The notes below the pieces were generated by a model. The model did no database searches and was not told the DNA's origin. It saw only the letters and a list, made by a program, of their open reading frames with translations. Of a stretch of DNA of 64,000 nt, positions 12,248-27,054 are shown piece by piece. The stretch's first letter is position 1; every line of letters begins with the position of its first letter. The translations under genes were made by a program, and so were the position numbers. This DNA comes from Reclinomonas americana ATCC 50394 (taxonomy: Eukaryota), in contig PS015173.1 of NCBI GenBank assembly GCA_048213135.1, positions 1 to 64,000 on the forward strand, in the 5' to 3' direction.

Positions 12248-12712
12248 TAGGGAGTGATCTGCGTAAGAGCGAATGGCGGATCAGAGTGGCGTTCTTGGTG
12301 TGAAAAAANNNNNNNNNNNNNNNNNNNNNNNNNNNNNNNNNNNNNNNNNNNNNNNNNNNNNNNNNNNNNNNNNNNNNNNNNNNNNNNNNNNNNNNNNNNN
12401 NNNNNNNNNNNNNNNNNNNNNNNNNNNNNNNNNNNNNNNNNNNNNNNNNNNNNNNNNNNNNNNNNNNNNNNNNNNNNNNNNNNNNNNNNNNNNNNNNNNN
12501 NNNNNNNNNNNNNNNNNNNNNNNNNNNNNNNNNNNNNNNNNNNNNNNNNNNNNNNNNNNNNNNNNNNNNNNNNNNNNNNNNNNNNNNNNNNNNNNNNNNN
12601 NNNNNNNNNNNNNNNNNNNNNNNNNNNNNNNNNNNNNNNNNNNNNNNNNNNNNNNNNNNNNTCGGAAAGGAAAGACAAGAAGGGAGAGAGGGGAGAGAGA
12701 GAGAGACAGCAC

Positions 12713-12922
12713 CTTGATTTCGGGCGGTGCCACCACATAGACGCGACTGTCGACTGCGTGCTCGTGGATGACCATGACGCCGGGCAGTGCGGCCGTCGTG
12801 TTGCCCTGCTTGTCGGCAGCGTTGAGCCACTTGGGCGCTGCCGTTGTTTGTGACTGCGGCCACCACTGGGTCTGCACCGGAACCTCCACTGTGCTGGGCG
12901 TTGTCGGCGACGAGACGTCCAT
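12713..12922 (-). CDS. First exon of an uncharacterised protein
   Basis: MDVSSPTTPSTVEVPVQTQWWPQSQ...VYVVAPPEIK|gtgctg, after which a CT-rich intron runs into the gap. Confidence 0.5.
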
Positions 12923-13239
12923 GGGTGAAAGAGAGAGGGAGAGAGAGAGGGAGGGAGGGAGAGGAGTGAGGAGACGAGAAAGGAAGTGTGCAGTCAAGGA
13001 CTGTGCGTGAGTGGGGCAGGGAGTTTTTCTTTTCTCCGACCACTCGAAAAACAAAAAACGAGATCGCGTCCGGCGGTTATATTTTGTGTTGTAGTGGTGA
13101 TTGGTTGTCGATTCCCCCTCCACCGATTGTTCGGAGCAACGTGGAAGACACAGTGGCGATGGATGCACGTGTGTGAGGGTGCTGAATCGAAAGAAGCCGA
13201 TAAAGACGAAAAAAGGAGAAAACTGTACAAGTGCGTTTT

Positions 13240-14346
13240 TTACAAGCCGGACGTCAGTTTCGCGCTCGCACTGCACGCGGCGGGAAGTGGCGGGTCCAGG
13301 CGTTGGCAGACCACCGTCAAAAGGTCGTTCTGTGCCTGCAGCTGCAGTGCTTCGGTGTGCACGCCGTTCACAGTCAACCATGGCTGGCAACAGGAGAGAG
13401 TGTGAGCAGTAAATAACACACACGGACGATTTAGTCCAGCAGCGAATATATTGCAACGCAACCACATATCGCAGCGGAGGATTGAGGGCACCCGTGCGCA
13501 CCGCCATCTCGTGCACCAAAAGCGGAGCCTACAGTTGCTGTTGAGAGGGAGAACGCGCAAGGAAAAATAAGCCTACTTCCGCACCTGTGAGCCCTGATAG
13601 CACAGCTGCAGTGTGGCCCACGACAGACCGAGCTGGGTGGCGCACACTTGACCGGCCTGCGCAGCGATGAGAAAGCATGCGACGACAGCAACACAAGCCA
13701 CACACACGCGCTCACTTGGATGGGATTATCGGCGGCTTCCAAGCAAAACGTGTACTCGATCGCCACGGCCGTGCTCGTCATGTTGAATGCGCACGCCTGC
13801 AACGCTTGAGCGTCGCACTCGTCAAACCCATGCGGGCATGTGTAATACCACGTTCTGCGCGTGTGTTGATCACCAGTGTGAGAAGGCAGTGAAACACAAA
13901 GAGAATGCGCGGAAGTGCATGCGAAACTTGCCCATTGGCGATTCGGTGGTATTTCCTGCGCCCGACAATCAGCACACAGACACACTCATGTACACACACA
14001 CGCACTCACCATACGGCACCAGCTCCAGGTTCAATCGCGCACTCATGCCTTCGCCGTGCCACACATCACTCAGTACACCACTGATGAACTGTGCACAAGA
14101 GAGTGAGGACAGAGACGCATGCACACACACAGAGAGACGGAGCACGCAACTGCTTGACTGTACGGGCATCTCGCGGCAAAGTACTGCGCGCGTCACACAC
14201 ATCAGTGTCTTTTCACATTGTGTTTCCCCGCTCTTCGCGCCTTGACTCACCACACCCACGTCCACGGTCTTCACACCGTGCGCAACCGTGGAGGCCACGA
14301 GCACCGCAGCCGCGAGAACGAGCACGAGTGCGACGGCGCGACCCAT
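13240..14346 (-). CDS. IFI30: GILT (gamma-interferon-inducible lysosomal thiol reductase) family, CxxS type
   Basis: Signal peptide; VDVGV|YFAARCPYSQA|FISGVL; LELVPYG; YTCPHGFDECDAQALQACA (GILT signature CQHGxxEC); LNPPLRYV|PWLTVNG. Confidence 0.88.
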
Positions 14347-14398
14347 TTGATGAAAGTGCGGTGGAGTGCCGGTCGACGGAACCTCACTTCATTCAATC

Positions 14399-17088
<2,690 letters not shown>

Positions 17089-17281
17089 TCGGCTCGGTCA
17101 GTTGTTGCAGGCCTCAATACTCGCTGCACCCGCCGTGTTTGTCCTCCTTCTAGAGCGATGCGTCAGCGAGTAAAAACCCAGATGGACTGTGCCGATTACT
17201 CAAACAACTTTTTTCACTCCCAATCCTACATTATGCTACGCCCCCGTTTTTTTTCTTCCTTTTTCTCACCGTTAACTAACA

Positions 17282-18932
17282 TTACGATCGGACGCGAGAC
17301 GCGATGGCGTTCGCCGGTCGATTTGGCAGCACCAACGCCGCCGCCACCTGTCGCTTCTGCGGCTGTCCCTGTGCCGATGTCGGCCGCCGACCCGAAGCCG
17401 ACCCAGTCCGATAGCCACGAGCGCTGAGATCGGCTCCCTCGCCATCGGAACCCGACGGCGACCATTCCGAGTCGCCAATCGAATCCGCGGCGGCAGCCGC
17501 TGTCGGCAGCGTCGGCAACCTTGGTCGGCTGCCAATGTGCAGATCCTCGAGTGTCATAGGCGGTGCCGGTGGCGGGCCGGCCAGCACCGGTGGGGTCGGT
17601 GGCGAGTTGTCGCTGTCGCGCAGCTTGCCCAGGAATCGCCGACCAAAGCGCATCTTGAGGACGGCATCACGAGCCACCTCCCCAAACGTGGTCTTGCCCT
17701 GCGAGTCGCCCACGCTGGCCGACAACTTGCCCATGACGCCACTGACGAGGCCACGCAAGTTGCCGCCAGAGGTCTTGCCGCCAGCAGCTGTCGACGACAC
17801 CAGCTTTTCCGTCGATGCCACCATGGCACTAAACGGATCGGCAGGGTTGCTGCTCGGCGCCTGCGGCTGTCGTACTGATGTGCCTGGGGTTCGTCGAGGC
17901 GACGAGTTGGCGCTGGCCGCCAAGCGCGGCGCCGACACGGGTCGGGTGGCTGTTGTCGGCGGTCTGTCGTTGACATTCAACACGTTTCTGTGAAGCAAGA
18001 TGCATGAGCCTTTTTTTGACAAGGAAGAAAAGAAAAAGGCAATGGAGATGTGCACGCACCCGTCCTTCTCATGCTGCCGCTTCTGGCGAATGGCATGCTC
18101 GCGAGCGTGCATGCGGTCGTGCAAAAAGGCGCTCCGATCGTAGAAGATCTCTGTGCGCTTGTCCTTGACGCGCTGCGAGCGACGCTGATAGGCCGAGTAC
18201 AGCACGTCGCACGTCGGGTGCGAAGCATGCAGTGTCTCCTCGGCAAACTTCAGGTAGTCCTCCATGTTGCACGTGTCGGTCCACAAGTCGACCAGCTCGT
18301 AGGACGCGTCGAAAAACATTGGCCATGAGATGGCTGTCTGACCCCGGCAGTCGTTCTCCCACTCATCCTCCAGCAGCTTGCGCAGTTTCCTCTCCGACAG
18401 GTCGCAGTCGAGCGCCAGCATGATCTTCTGGAAGAAACCAATGTACTCGTCGTGCGAGATGATGCCGTCAAAATTGCGGTCGCACACGCTCCACCACTTG
18501 AGCAGCGCCTCCTTCATGCGCGGATCACGGCGATTCTGTTCGCGCTTCTTGAAGTTCTCCGCATCATACATCTCCATGTTGACCTGCAGAGAGGGAAAGA
18601 GGTGAGCAGCTATACAGGAAAAAATTACCGACATGAGATCGGAACTTGCCTGTCGAGTGTACGACTCGTACGACATGGTTCCCGTCGGCACATCCACCAA
18701 CGCTCCCGCGTCCACACGCTGCTGCAACGCAGCAGCTTCACGTTCAGCGCGTACCTCAATGTCAGGCCGCACCATGTGACACGCCTGCAAGGCGCCACGG
18801 ACGCGCGACCACACCGCCTTGGCCGTCTCGCGCACCTCCACGCCGTGCGAGGTGCCCGCCATCTGCAGAATCGTCTCCTGCGTCTGCTGCCGCGCGAGCA
18901 CCGGCGGTGACGCATTCCTCGTGCCCACACTC
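17282..18932 (-). CDS. EF-hand-containing protein with disordered C-terminus (5' end at the gap)
   Basis: WWSVCDRNFDGIISHDEYIGFF is a canonical EF loop; EDEWENDCRGQTAISWPMFFDASYELVDLWTD follows; two introns. Confidence 0.7.
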
Positions 18933-18993
18933 NNNNNNNNNNNNNNNNNNNNNNNNNNNNNNNNNNNNNNNNNNNNNNNNNNNNNNNNNNNNN

Positions 18994-21900
18994 CCTCACG
19001 CCACCGCGCCGCCAACCCCGGCCCCTCACGGCTGTCGGCACGAGGTCGACCGGCTGCTCGCGATGCCGTGGCCGCTGACGAGCCAGCGGCGGACGACGAA
19101 CCAGACGGCTGAGCGGCGCTCGACTGCGCAACGCACCCGACCGCGCCAACCAGTGGAACGAGAGCGGCGGCCGGAAGCGAAGCCAGCCGCGGCTGCTTCC
19201 AGCATGTCACAATGTTCGTGGCCACATCGGCGGGCAGTCTGGCAAGGAACTCGCGGCCGACAGGCTCGCGGTTGCGGAAAATCATGCCCAACGCCGGATC
19301 ACGAGCAAATGTCGATTCGGTGGCCAGCCGCCGCAAAAACTCAAACAGCGAACCCACCGTTGCCACCGTGCACGACTCGCCCACCGTCAGCGGGAAGCAG
19401 GACGCTGCACAATGCGCAGAGTGAGCGACACACATCCAAGACTGACAACCAAACAAAATAATCGCCGACGCAACGGGCATTGGTCGACAAGGTGGCCACC
19501 AGCTCATCAAACCACAGCTTCAACGCCTGCGCGTCGTCAAACAGGGGATACAGCTGTGGCGCGGACGACGACGTGGATGTTGTCGTGGAGGCGGACGACG
19601 AATCCTCCAACGCCAGCGAGAGGCAGTCGCCCAACAGACGCCCAATCACCGGCATTCCGTCCTTTTGCACAAACGAATGCACCAGTGCCGTCTGGGTCGC
19701 CTTGCGCGCATCGTCAAACAGCGTCACAAACAGCTGCGTGACAGCAAAGAGACTGTACTCGAAAAAGTGCTCTCGATCCGCGGTGGCTACACGGGCAAAC
19801 AACAACAATGCAGAAGCTCAGTCACATGATCCCCCGCAGCGATGTAAATCATGCATGGCTCGGGCGACGCAACACATGGGCTCCAGCAACGACTGCAGTC
19901 CGTCCACAATAGCCGAGGCCACTGCCATGGCCGGAGGCGGTTGTCGATTGGCTCCGTACTGTGACCAAAAAAGGCGATGAGAAGGGAAGGATACCAAAAA
20001 AAAGGAGACAGAGGCACGGCATCGCAACTGATCGGTTCTGCGGTGTCCACACAAGGCGCGCAAAGTACGCCACGGTGGCACTGCAGGACTGGCGGAACTT
20101 GCGCACCAGCTCCAGCTGCGCCTTGTCCTTGGCGCGAGAATCGCCCTCCAGCGTCGGATCAACGCGGTAGTGTCCGTCGGTGAGTGTCAGCTTGACGTCC
20201 GGATGGGCCTTCGCGAAGCGCAACTGATGGATACGAATCAGGCGCTCGCGGCGCAACCAGTGGCTGCCGACGTGACTGCACGGCGATACAGGGGAAAGAA
20301 GTGAGCGAGTAACTCCCCAGCGAGGAGTGGATCAGATGCCGTACCGGAATAGCTGCATGCCGCGACGAATGGTCACCAGCAGCGGGTTGTCGGTGTGATC
20401 TTCCGCCAGACCGGCCAGCGACACGTGAATATTGCTGCGCTTAGCACCACTCTGCAAAATGCCCAACACACGGGTGACCGACACAAGCGCATCCATCACC
20501 TCGTCTGCCGAAGAGAACAAAAACACACAAGCAGGACTGGTTGAGTGCGACGACGGCGTCATCAGAAAGTATAACATGCGAGAGGGTCACCAACCGTTGA
20601 GTTGGCTGTCGGATTCGAGAAGCGCCACATGCCGCTCGTCCAACAGCACATTGATGTGGGTCAAGGCTGGTTATGTGCAGAGAAAAACAAGAGTCAATCA
20701 ACTGCAATATGTCTCTCTCTCCTCCACACCACTCACCTCGTTCGGCACAAGCCATCATAATCATGTCGACCACATCCTGCTGGCCGGCAATGGCGCGGAA
20801 AAACTGGGACTGTCGATCAGGCATCTCACTGGGAGGCGCAAACACGAGTCAGTCAGCAGGACAGCAAGACGGTCAAGTCAGTCAGTGCATGCTGTCGATG
20901 CCTCTCACCTCATGCACAGAAGCTCGGTGAGCTGGTTCACAGCATTCGGCAACTCCTTGAAGGCCGTCACAAACGGCGGAACACGGAAAATGCGCTCCAG
21001 CACCTTGAACACCATGCGTGTGCGCTTGCCAAACGTGTCACTGTCGTCGTCCTCTGGCGACATGCCGTAGAGTGCGACGCGGCCAGACTCGACACGTTCC
21101 TTGTGCTCCGCCATGATGCGCGCCACAGTCTCCTGCAGGGCCACTGCTGAGCTGGGAATTATGTCGGCGTGGTGGCGCAACAGCTCCTCCAATCCGCCAC
21201 CAACAGCGGCAGGAATCTGGTCATCCATCACCTGCGTCATACAGACAGCAATGAATCTCCACGTTAGCTTAAAAGGGCAAGAGAGGAAGAAAGAAAGAAA
21301 GACGCAACATCTTGAGCAAACGCGGGATCCATCAGCGCATCGAGCGAGCGGCGCAGTGGCGCAAGGTCGACCAACTGCGATGACACACGCTCCGACAAAC
21401 ACAGCGCCTCCAACAGCGACGGAAGCGACGTAATGGCAAATGGTTTCCACGGCACCGGCGACTCGCGCAGCGGCGTGAGCACCTCACGCAAGAATGCTGA
21501 CTCGCCTTCGCCCTCACCAATCAACGAGGTGAGGTAGGTCCCGTTGCCCTCCATGTTGATGAGATTGGCCAGCGCCATGGCCGCGTGCCCGTACAGTTCA
21601 CCAAACAGAGTGGCTTTGGCCAGCACCAGGCGAATCGAGCGCGGGTACGAGGTCTCGGCAAAATCGCTCACTCGCAAGCTGCCCTCGGGTGTCACGTGCG
21701 GTGCAATAGCCATGAACAAGTCGGCCATGAATCCTCCGCGCAGAGGTGGCACCTCTGTGTGTGTGTGCGAGTGGCGGAGTGTGAGGAGCGACGATGTGGA
21801 CACGCGGGTTCCGCTTGCAACTCACCTGGAACGCGGCTCGAGCCGGCAGCGGCATTGCACTCGCGCAGCCACGAGTCCACCTCGGCGGCCAGTCGATCAA

Positions 21901-23330
21901 AGAGAACCTCGAGGCCGCCGAGGGAACGCACGGTTTGCGCACCGAGTTGCGACATGGTGGGAATGGTCTCCAGCAGCACCAAACACGCCGAAGTCAGGCG
22001 GTAGAGGGAGGGATGCTGAACGCGGACCAACGACAGTGCCGCCGGCACAATTCCACTGGCACTCATGTCGACACCGGTCAAATTGATTATGGCTTGCACC
22101 ACGGAGAACAACTCGACAAAGTACGGCGTGTACAGCGGAGATGTGGGATCATCTGCAGCACAGGCATGAGATGAAACAATCACCACCACACACACACAAC
22201 AAGCGACAATGTCGGCGGCACACCTCTCATGCGCTCAATGAGCGAGCGAATCAACGTCGGCAGCATGCCGTGATAGTTGTTGGCGCCAAACAAGTCGATC
22301 ATGAAGCGGTCGTCGTTGCCCATGCCTTGCAGGGCGCCCGACGTGAGCAACTGCGACAGGCAACCGAGAGCGAGTGTGCGTGCCGTCGCCGACACATTTT
22401 CCTCGTCCTTGGCCGCTCGCAACAGCTCCTGCACCTCGGCTTGCGTCACGCTCGGGAACTCATAGGCTCCGTGCATGGTCAGCTCTGGAAGAAGAAAAAC
22501 CGGACGTATCAGCCCATGTCGTGCACATGAGACAGGGGAGAGGGAGAGGGTGGCACGCAACGAAGCAAGAGTGCGACAAGTCGCACTTCGGCCCACACTG
22601 GGCGATCGGTCGGAACTTGCTGGAACGAGTATGCACGACGCACGTCGCACCACAAGACTTGCCATAGATCGCGTGGCACTCGGTGTTCGCGCACCAGCGC
22701 GTGGAACAACTCGTGCAGATGTTCACATGAACGACGGCGCATCTCCTCGCCCACGTCGGCCACCACAAACTCATGCAGCGTGTCGGCCTCGTCGGGCAAC
22801 GTAAACTCGAACCGGAATCCACCGGCGTTCGACAACGACGATGAGCCCGCAGAAGCAGCAGCAGCAGTCGCAGGCGATGACGACGATGCTGTGAGACAGT
22901 CATACATGGACGGCGGCATTTCTTCAGTGCCCCATCCCGTGGTGAACGCCGTCAGCAGACCCTCGTGGAATCCGTCGGGCATCTTGGCCAGATGCTTCCG
23001 CCGCTTCAACCGCACCAGGAGCGTGCGCAACGCCAGCAGTGTCACACGCGGCGACGGATGCTGCGTCAGCCGCAACACATGCTCACTGGACGAGTACGTG
23101 CGCACTTGACTGCCCAAGTGAATCATGCGCTCCGTGAACGACAGGACCGCGCACAAAAGCCGCTCGCTCGGCGCCGTCGCGGAAATGGGCGCCGGCACAG
23201 CCGATGACTCGGAGGCAGAGGACGCCGACGAGAGCGACGGGTCGAGGCTGAGTCGATCGACCTCGCTCGCCGCCACTCCCAAAATGTCATCAAAGCGATT
23301 CAGAACCGGAACCCAGGCGGTCAACGTGAG
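18994..23330 (-). CDS. HUWE1: HUWE1/Tom1/UPL1-like E3 ligase N-terminal armadillo region (DUF908/DUF913), partial
   Basis: LTAWVPVLNRFDDIL; LLCAVLSFTERMI...YSSSEHVLRL; RLVALLL; GANNYHGMLPTLIR; MSASGIV; AAMALANLINMEG; ALCLSERV. These motifs are typical of the HUWE1/Tom1 N-terminus. No UBA or HECT domain is visible. Confidence 0.75.
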
Positions 23331-23911
23331 CTACGCACACACACGCACACACACATAGAGAGAGAGAAAGAGTGAGNNNNNNNNNNNNNNNNNNNNNNNN
23401 NNNNNNNNNNNNNNNNNNNNNNNNNNNNNNNNNNNNNNNNNNNNNNNNNNNNNNNNNNNNNNNNNNNNNNNNNNNNNNNNNNNNNNNNNNNNNNNNNNNN
23501 NNNNNNNNNNNNNNNNNNNNNNNNNNNNNNNNNNNNNNNNNNNNNNNNNNNNNNNNNNNNNNNNNNNNNNNNNNNNNNNNNNNNNNNNNNNNNNNNNNNN
23601 NNNNNNNNNNTGTGTGTGTTTTGGGGCAAGGACATGTGTCTAATGTGCATGTTCAACTCCCTCCTCGTGCGCCTGGCCTCGTGTTGCACATGCGCGCACG
23701 CACGGTCATTGCTCCCTGTTGCACCGACACTGACTTGCATCGCGTGTGCATCACAGGTCTTTTTTGCAGGTGTGTCAGGGCGCACTGCACGCGGAGCAAT
23801 TCCCCTTTATCTAAAAAACAATAATCATTCATTCATTCACAGGCAGCCTCCGCGCTCGTTTCCAAGAGTCTGTGTGTGTGTGTGTGAGTGAGTGAGACAG
23901 CACACGAGAGA

Positions 23912-25616
23912 ATGGCGAACGTGTACAACCCGTTCGCTCTGTTGAGCAATGACGGCGCCAGCCCGCCGTCGTCTCCGCGTGCTGCTGCTCCTGCTGCTGC
24001 AGCGCCCGCTGCCGCTGCTGCCGCCGCTGCTGCTCCCAAGCCGCAGCAACAGCAACAGCAACGACCGCAGCAAGCGCGCAACAATGCGGCGGCGCGACCG
24101 GCGTCGGCCGCGCCCGCTGCTGGCGCTGCTGCGGCGGCCTCTGCGGCTGCGTCGGAGGTGTGTGTGCGCGTGCGATGCTCATGTCGTCCTCCTCCCCCTC
24201 TCCTTGCCCCATCCTTGTCTCATGTTGTTGTTAGGGCTTTGAGTCCCGCGCGCCCCGTGGTGGACGCGGTGGTGCCCGTGGTGGCGCTGAGGGCGGCCGT
24301 GGCGGTGGCCGCGGTGGCGCTCCTCGCCCGCAGTCGGCTGGCGCTGTCGAGGGCGGACGCGGTGGTGGCCGCGGCGGCGGCCGTGGTGGCGGTCGTGGCG
24401 GTGGAGTTGCGTTGTGACGAGAGGAGGAGGGAGGAGGTGGTCTTGTATTGGGGGACTTATACGTGTTGTTATCTCGCGCAGCGCGGTGGTGGCCGTGGTG
24501 GCGGCGATCGCAATGACGCCGTGGCAGGTGCTGCTGGTGCCGGTTCTCCCGGTGAGGGTGGCGCGCCGCGCGGTGGACGCCGTGGAGGCCGCGGTGGCGG
24601 TGACCGTGGCGACCGCGGTGATCGTGGTGAGCGCCCCGAGCGTGGTGAGCGCCATGGCGAGCGCCCCGAGCGCCGCGATCGTGCCCCGCGTGAGGAGGGC
24701 GACAAGGATCGCCACTTCTCGCGCACTGGCCGTGGCCGTGAGGTCTCCAAGGGCGGTGCCGGTGGCAAGTACACCTGGGGCTCGGAGGCCGAGCAGGGCC
24801 AGCGCATTCCCAAGTCGCACGGCTCGGCCACGGAGGCTCTGGAGGCTGTCGAGCACGACGCTGTCGACCCGCAGACCCCGGCTGTGGAGGGTGGTGCTGC
24901 GGCTCCGGCCGCCGATGAGGCCGGCAACGGAGAGGCCAGCGCTGCTGCCCCGGTGGAGGAGGAGGACAAGTCGATTGACTACGCCACCTACCGCCGCCAG
25001 CAGGCTGAGAAGGCGGCCGCACTCAAGGCCCAGGTGGCCCGCGTCAAGGTCGACTTTGATGAGTCGCTCCTGCACAAGTCGGAGCCCGCCGATGGCAGCG
25101 ACGAGTACAACGTTGCGCATTTTTTTGTGCACACTACCATCCCCTCTCCTCGGTGGTGGTTTTGCTCATTTTTTCTTTTCCACCTCCACACAGTTTGGCG
25201 AGCACAAGAAGGCCAAGCGCGAGAAGAGCGTGAAGGAGGGCTCGCTCTCCCTGAAGGAGTTCATGCCGGGCGCCGATGTGTCCTACTCGTACAAGGACCG
25301 CGGTGACCGCCCGCCTCGTGGCGGCGGCCGTGGTGGTGGCGATCGTGGCGACCGTGGTGAGCGCGGTGGTCGTGGTGGCGGCCGTGGCGGCGACCGCCCT
25401 GAGCGCGCCGAGCGTGGCGAGAGCCGTGGCGGCGAGCGCGGTGACCGTGGTGGCGATCGCGGCGGTGGCCGTGGTGGCGACCGTGGTGGCCGTGGCGGCG
25501 GTCGTGGTGGTGGCCGTGGCGGTGGCCGCGGTGGTGGACGCGGTGGTCATGGTGGCCCGTCGGCCCCGGTCGACCCGGCCAGCACTGCTGACTTCCCGGC
25601 CCTCGGCAAGGCCTGA
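23912..25616 (+). CDS. SERBP1: SERBP1/Stm1/HABP4-family RGG RNA-binding protein (4 exons)
   Basis: MANVYNPFALL; DRHFSRTGRGREVSKGGAGGKYTWGS; EEEDKSIDYATY; extensive RGG repeats; C-terminal DFPALG. Confidence 0.9.
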
Positions 25617-26392
25617 AACTGAGAAGACGGAAGCAGGTCGTCTGTCTGGCGAGCGGGCATTTGTGTGTGTCGAGCATTCCCCTGTTTGCTTGGTGCCATT
25701 TGCTTTGCTCTGACAGTCGTTTCCCCCCTCCCTACATGTGTCTCTCTCTCTTGTTTCCCTTCTCCCCCAACCCCTCTTCGCATCCCCCTCCTCTCTCTTC
25801 TGACACGCACGCACACGTTGTGGGCGGTGTCTTGCAAATATCACTTTCATGTCGGTGGGTCACCGTGTGGCCCACTCATCACTTGGCTTCACCGGCGCGC
25901 CGACGGCAGTGGTGGTCCATCGCCCCTGCTGCTGTTGCGCTCGGTGGAGTATGCTTTGCTGCGTGCGTCATCCTTTCTCCGTCTGGAAGAGGCTGGCATG
26001 CACGCCCCCTCGATCTTCTTCTTTTTTGCTTGATCTTCCTTGTTGTTTTTTTGGTATGTTGATTCTTTTTCTTTTTTCGCTTGGTGTATCCGGTTGAGTT
26101 GTGTGCGCGCTGTTGTGTTGTTTGCTATTTGTGTTGTTGGTGGTGGTGGTGGTCCGGGAGGGAAGGTGCTGCATGAGGAGGTGGAGGATGTCTTGATTGT
26201 CTTGTTTTTAGTCCTTTTTTTCTTTGCCTTCCCCCCCACTGCACTGCGTGCTGTCTCTGTGTGTCCAATCAGAAGTTTTTTTAGATGTCGTAATCGGTTT
26301 TTCTTTTTTCCCTCCCCCTCTCAACTTCTCCTCCGCCACCCGCTCCTCCTCCCCCAGTCAGGGCTGCGCTTGNNNNNNNNNNNNNNNNNNNN

Positions 26393-27009
26393 CGTCGCTG
26401 GAGGAGTCCGAGAGCGAATCCGTGTCGGACTCACGCACATACACCACCGGCACTGTGTCATCCATCGCCTCGTCCGCCTCTCCCTTGCTCTTATCATCGG
26501 CATCCTCATCCAACTCCAGCTCCTCGTCCTCCTCGTCTTCTACCTCCTCCTCCTCGTCGTCGTCGTCTTCATCCTCCCCGCCATTCTCGTCGTCGGCATC
26601 CTCTCCTGCCAAGTCTGCCGCCGCATCGCCCTCGTCGTCTCCGTCATCCTCCTCTGCCACCTTCTTCTTACTCTTCTTGGACGACTGCTGTTGCGGCTTC
26701 TTGCTTGTCTTGGTCGTGGTCTTGGGTGCCGGCTTGGCCTGCTTGCCCGTCGCCGCCTTGCTGGCCGACGCCGCCGACTTGCCAGAGGCCGCCTTGGCGC
26801 CCTTTGTTGCCGACGTGGGAGTCTTGCTCTTCGGCGCGGCGGCAGCACCAGTTGCCTTGCCACCCGCAGTCGGCTTGCCGCCCTTGGGTGTCGGTGTCTG
26901 CTTGGCGGTCTTGGTCGCCGACGACGACGATGACGATGATGCGGCAGGTGCCTTCTTGCCCGACGACACCTCACCCGCAGCTGCGTCAATGAGAGGGAGG
27001 TTGAGTGGA

Positions 27010-27054
<45 letters not shown>

